From Klebsormidium nitens (Eukaryota; Plantae; Klebsormidiophyceae), in contig DF237084.1 of assembly GCA_000708835.1 (NCBI GenBank), positions 62,001-126,000 on the forward strand: DNA of 64,000 nucleotides, given 5' to 3'. Below are positions 60,246 to 64,000 of this stretch, piece by piece (position 1 is the first letter of the stretch; each line of letters opens with the position of its first letter). The notes below the pieces were generated by a model. That model was not told the DNA's origin, ran no database searches, and saw nothing but the letters and a program-made list of their open reading frames with translations. The translations under genes and the position numbers were made by a program.

Positions 60246-61557
60246 TCAATTGCCTCCTCTTGTCATGGAATAGCCTTTTCCCTGTGCCAATCTCGGGTCC
60301 TCAAAGGTGCCTTGTCGATCAGACCCATCTGCGAAGCACGCATTAGAGGTAGAAATCGAGGTCCTCATACTCACCGGGTACTTGACGGCGTCATAATGAG
60401 GGGAGACTGTCTCGTGGGCCACAGCGAGCCCGACTTCCACAGCAAAACCTTGCACCTCGCCGCACGGCGGATCCCAAGATAGTAATGTCGCCACACGCTC
60501 GAGCGAGTCTCCAGCCACTGCACCGGTGTTTGGATTCCTGTAATAACAACTCAAGCGCATCACCGCATGGACGAACCGCAAGGATACCGGTAACTCTCGT
60601 GTGACCTAACGGGCGTGTGACCTAAGCTACGAGCTACCCGGGTACTTCAAACAAAAACAAACCTAACCTAGATAATCACCCGCTCCGCACCCCAACCACC
60701 ATACCAACCCCACCCGTCCCCCGGGTGCCCATCTTAGGTCACATGGCTTTTAGGTGACACGAGAGTTATCGGAGTACCGCAAGGCCCTACCAGACGCGTC
60801 CTTCACATTTGTGGAAGCTTCGCCGCGCAGATGGTATGGCAGCCCTTCCTCCTGAGTGCTCGAAACCATGAGCATCGGGTCGACGCCTTGGTCTTTCATG
60901 GTCACGGGCTCCCCGTCCAGCAGGATCTGCACCTTTCCATCCGCCTTGCGCATCAGCTTCCAGGAGAGGGCCACAACGTCATGCTGACGCAGCTTGAACC
61001 GCTCCGGGACCGTTTCGTCGAAGTGCTTCTCGTGAGGGTTTCTATCGACCATTTTTACTGCATAACTAAACAGCTTTTCTTCGGTCGCCTTGGAACTTTG
61101 AGTCCAGCTCGCTGCAATCCGCCGAACAAGATAAGTATCCCTCTCCCTTGACATACACATCCATCAGCATGACGTAATCCGAAAGTTGCTTCGTCTTCAG
61201 CCACAGTGGAATTGAAACACATGGCCAAACGCATACCCATGGCCATGCGCAGCTCAGCGTTGAGCTCCATGCTTGCTTCCCCAGCCAAAGGCACCTTTTT
61301 GGCGCCAGCTTCACAAACAGGTCCTTGTAAGTAGTGCCGGCAAACTTTTCTGTGCTTGCACCATAGAATCTGCAGACCAGGTCTCGTGCTGGAGACGTCT
61401 TCAGAGAGGGGCATGCAAGCTCGCACCAGTCTTTCCAGACAAAGCTTTTTTTCACCAGTCCGTTGAGCGTTTTCGAAACCGCTGTCAGCTTGCAAGCTGA
61501 GTCCGGTGTAAGGAAACCCAACAGATGGTCGAAAAGATGCGCTTGAAGAGCCTCCAT
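60246..61557 (-). pseudogene. intronless plant-type F-box protein gene, disrupted by a frameshift and a MITE
   Basis: F-box-like N-terminus (LFDHLLGFLTPDSACKLTAVSKTLNGLVKKSFVWKDWC). A frame change near 61066-61100 links ORF 61066-61557 to ORF 60750-61160. Removing 60584-60775 plus one TSD restores GRALR-FVHAVMRL into ORF 60246-60581. Confidence 0.75.
60584..60775. mobile_element. 192-bp Mutator-like MITE inserted in the F-box coding sequence
   Basis: Perfect 9-bp TSD ACCGCAAGG at 60575-60583 and 60776-60784. Inverted repeat CCGGTAACTCTCGTGTGACCTAA / TTAGGTGACACGAGAGTTATCGG (21/23), with a doubled GTGTGACCTAA subterminal motif. Confidence 0.92.
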
Positions 61558-62022
61558 CTTGAGAGCGTGAGTTGCGAAAGAGAAAGTTTGTTCACCCAGA
61601 CTCTCTCAGCAGGCTTTGAGAAGATGAGCTCAGCCACGCGCCGCGCCGCGACAGAGGCCAAGATGTGACGATTTTGTGACGATTTTGTCGTCATCATCGT
61701 CATCATCCGTGCAGAGACCTGTGGTATGCAGGTCGAAGTACTAGTCTCATATCAATTCTCGTGCTGCCGCGCGGCCGCGTGCGGTGTGATCTGATAATCT
61801 GACGTCTTAGAGAGGTTCTGAAAGGGTTTTGAAGGCAACGGAGTCGCGGCCGCGGTCGGCCGCGGTCTTCGATACCGTCGGATTCCCTTCGAGGCTTTGA
61901 GAGACAAACAAAAAGAAGATGGCTTGGCGCTACAAAAAATTTGCAACATAAAACAGAAGTCCTTTCACGTTCTTAGTCCAGCGATCGCTAGAGTTGAAGA
62001 GCTTGTGAATCTAGCGGGGGAG

Positions 62023-63405
62023 ATGGCGAAGACCAGAAGAACAAGGAAGAAGCGCGGAGAAACTTCGAAACCGTCTCCTATACAATGTCTCCCATCGGAA
62101 GTTCTCACTCTGATCTTGACAAAGGCCCGTTTCAACCTCAAGGAGCTGCTGCAGATTGCGACAATAGGCAAAGCATTCCGAGAGGCAGTCAGAGGAGTTA
62201 CTGATGCGAAGATGGATATTGACTGCATGACTTGCGCAAGCAGTGAGGATTGCGAACCAACCAAAGCGTATGCTCGCTTCCTCGTGCATTCTCAGATCAA
62301 AGCACTGCAACTCAAGATTGAAGGCCGCACGTGTAAGAAGTGCAGGAACTTAGGACACAGCATTCATCCATCCAGATTCTTTCCAAGTAAATGGATCAAG
62401 TCTTTGAAGGACAGTCTCGAATCATTCTCCTTTCAGGACCCGCATGCCATCAAGATTGGGCCCGGGTTTAGCGTAGATTATGACGACGATGAGCTCACTT
62501 TCACTGATCTGATGTTAGACTCTTTATCTGCTTGTGGCAACCTGAACCGGCTACAACTGAGCACTCGGAGAATTGTCCGCTCTCGAAGATGCTGGGGAAA
62601 GTTTTCGGTTCCTAGCAACCTGCAAGAGTTGAAGCTTCATAATTGCTTTGGAAGTGAGTTTCTGGAGGTGCTGAAGACGTGTAGCTTGCCTGGAGTGTGT
62701 CCCCTTCTGAAGGAACTCTTCTTAGCCGGAGGAATGGAAGGAGAGCTATGCTTGGATTTCGGGCCTCTGGAGGTCCTGAACCTCCGCTTAGCTTCTCGTG
62801 CAGAGCCGTTAAGCATCACCTTTAGATCGACACCAAATTTGCAGCACCTATCAATCTTCTACGAGAAGGATTTCTGGTTTCGCCATAACCTGGAAGATAG
62901 ACCTAGCCTACTCGTCGAGCGGGACTTTGTTTCACTGACAGTTGTCGAGCTGAGAAACGTTTCCTGGGAGCAAACAATCCTTCTGCTAAGACGCTGCCCC
63001 AACTTGAGAATTCTCAAAGTAGATCAGTGGCTGCAAGGACCGACAGATCTGGCAACTATCTTCCAGCAGCTGGCGACGTCAAACCCTGTTCTGGAGTCAC
63101 TCCAAATCGAGACAGCATGGCTGCCCCAAAGTGAGCTGGTAGAGCAAAGACCTCGGTTGACGTATCTCCGAGATCTTCGAATCAGCAGACTCGAGATTTT
63201 CAACCTCCTGGAAGCCGCGGAGAGTCTGGAAGACCTTCTTCCGAGCTGTCCACTCCTCAAACTGGTTACAATTGAGGTCTTTACCTCTTTAGATTCAGAT
63301 AACAAAGCGGAAACGGACGGCCTGATAGAGTCCATGAACAGCTTCTTTGTATTGCAGAGGGAGTTTCCAGAAGTGGTGTTCCAGCTTGAGAAGATCGATT
63401 GCTGA
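62023..63405 (+). CDS. intronless F-box/leucine-rich-repeat protein
   Basis: ATG 62023. F-box IQCLPSEVLTLILTKARFNLKELLQIATIGKAFREAV is followed by LxxLxL repeats (LQELKL, LKELFL, LEVLNL, LQHLSI, LRILKV, LESLQI, LRDLRI). Confidence 0.85.
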   Translation: MAKTRRTRKKRGETSKPSPIQCLPSEVLTLILTKARFNLKELLQIATIGKAFREAVRGVTDAKMDIDCMTCASSEDCEPTKAYARFLVHSQIKALQLKIEGRTCKKCRNLGHSIHPSRFFPSKWIKSLKDSLESFSFQDPHAIKIGPGFSVDYDDDELTFTDLMLDSLSACGNLNRLQLSTRRIVRSRRCWGKFSVPSNLQELKLHNCFGSEFLEVLKTCSLPGVCPLLKELFLAGGMEGELCLDFGPLEVLNLRLASRAEPLSITFRSTPNLQHLSIFYEKDFWFRHNLEDRPSLLVERDFVSLTVVELRNVSWEQTILLLRRCPNLRILKVDQWLQGPTDLATIFQQLATSNPVLESLQIETAWLPQSELVEQRPRLTYLRDLRISRLEIFNLLEAAESLEDLLPSCPLLKLVTIEVFTSLDSDNKAETDGLIESMNSFFVLQREFPEVVFQLEKIDC

Positions 63406-64000
63406 CAGATCTGGCCCTGAAGTCAATCTCTGCGCACAGTGATGACTCTGGACACTTTGTAAAATGTAGACCTGCAAAGACTCCACAGCCGCCGTCTTCG
63501 AAGCTTGAAAGTCTCAGTTATCAGATTGGAAGTTTCTTCCTTGTCAACTCTGCAACCTTAGCCACCCGCGTTGGCGAGTTTGTCTCTACATGTGGCATAC
63601 ACTTCTGTATTTGTTTTGGCTGTGCTGAGAATGAATCAAAGTATACAATGCACAGCTATTTCGAAATATCAGCGGACCAAATGATGGAGTTCATTTGGGA
63701 CAAACGAACTCCATGATGCATGCCTTAGCGGCCGCCGGGCCGGTGTATCTGCTCAGATGGGGCACGGTAGGAATGTCCAGCAACGTGACTCGTTCGAAAG
63801 GCCGATTGTGCAATTGATGCCGCAACTTCTTCGAGCCGGTTCCAAACCACAACTTATTGTAAATGAGTTGCATCGACCAACTAAGAGGTGCTTCGGGCCA
63901 GCTTTTGCTTAAGTGGCAGGTGTTACGAAATGATCATTGAGAGTGAGTTGGCTTCAATTTAGCACATGCGCGTTCCACCACAGCGCATGGCATCATTCAG

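Noticed and set aside
60584-60775. Hypothesis that the exonic MITE is an introner that splices itself out
   Set aside because: A GT exists at the end of the first TSD on the coding strand, but both terminal AGs (gAG|ag and gagAG|tt) leave the downstream exon out of frame, and the TSD has no AG.

Overview
Eukaryotic, intron-rich nuclear DNA. Gene content and style suggest a streptophyte green alga such as Klebsormidium; this is inference, not a database result. I reconstructed 13 genes or pseudogenes by hand from GT/GC-AG boundaries and protein motifs. In order they are: alpha-carbonic anhydrase (+, 5' end outside the window), OGG1 (-), DNA primase small subunit (+), Zn-ribbon-repeat paralog A (-, decayed), SDR (+), Zn-ribbon paralog B (-, one frameshift), R3H/SUZ protein (+), class I aminotransferase (-), Zn-ribbon paralog C (+, intact), cis-prenyltransferase (-), WAPL (+), F-box pseudogene (-, MITE-disrupted) and F-box/LRR (+). 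Four MITEs with terminal inverted repeats (TIRs) are visible; three have perfect target-site duplications (TSDs). Structure the gene list does not explain: (1) an intronless family of tandem CxxC...CxxC repeats with organelle-presequence-like N-termini, each copy head-to-head with a conserved gene; (2) strict strand alternation of all 13 genes; (3) recurrent tandem duplications, often ~140-170 bp, that copy exon ends plus splice donors into introns of five genes; (4) about 16-fold excess of the palindrome TGACGTCA; (5) two 9-bp-TSD MITEs with unrelated TIRs but a shared core. No rRNA, tRNA or CRISPR array was supportable. Exon coordinates are manual and may be off by a few bases.
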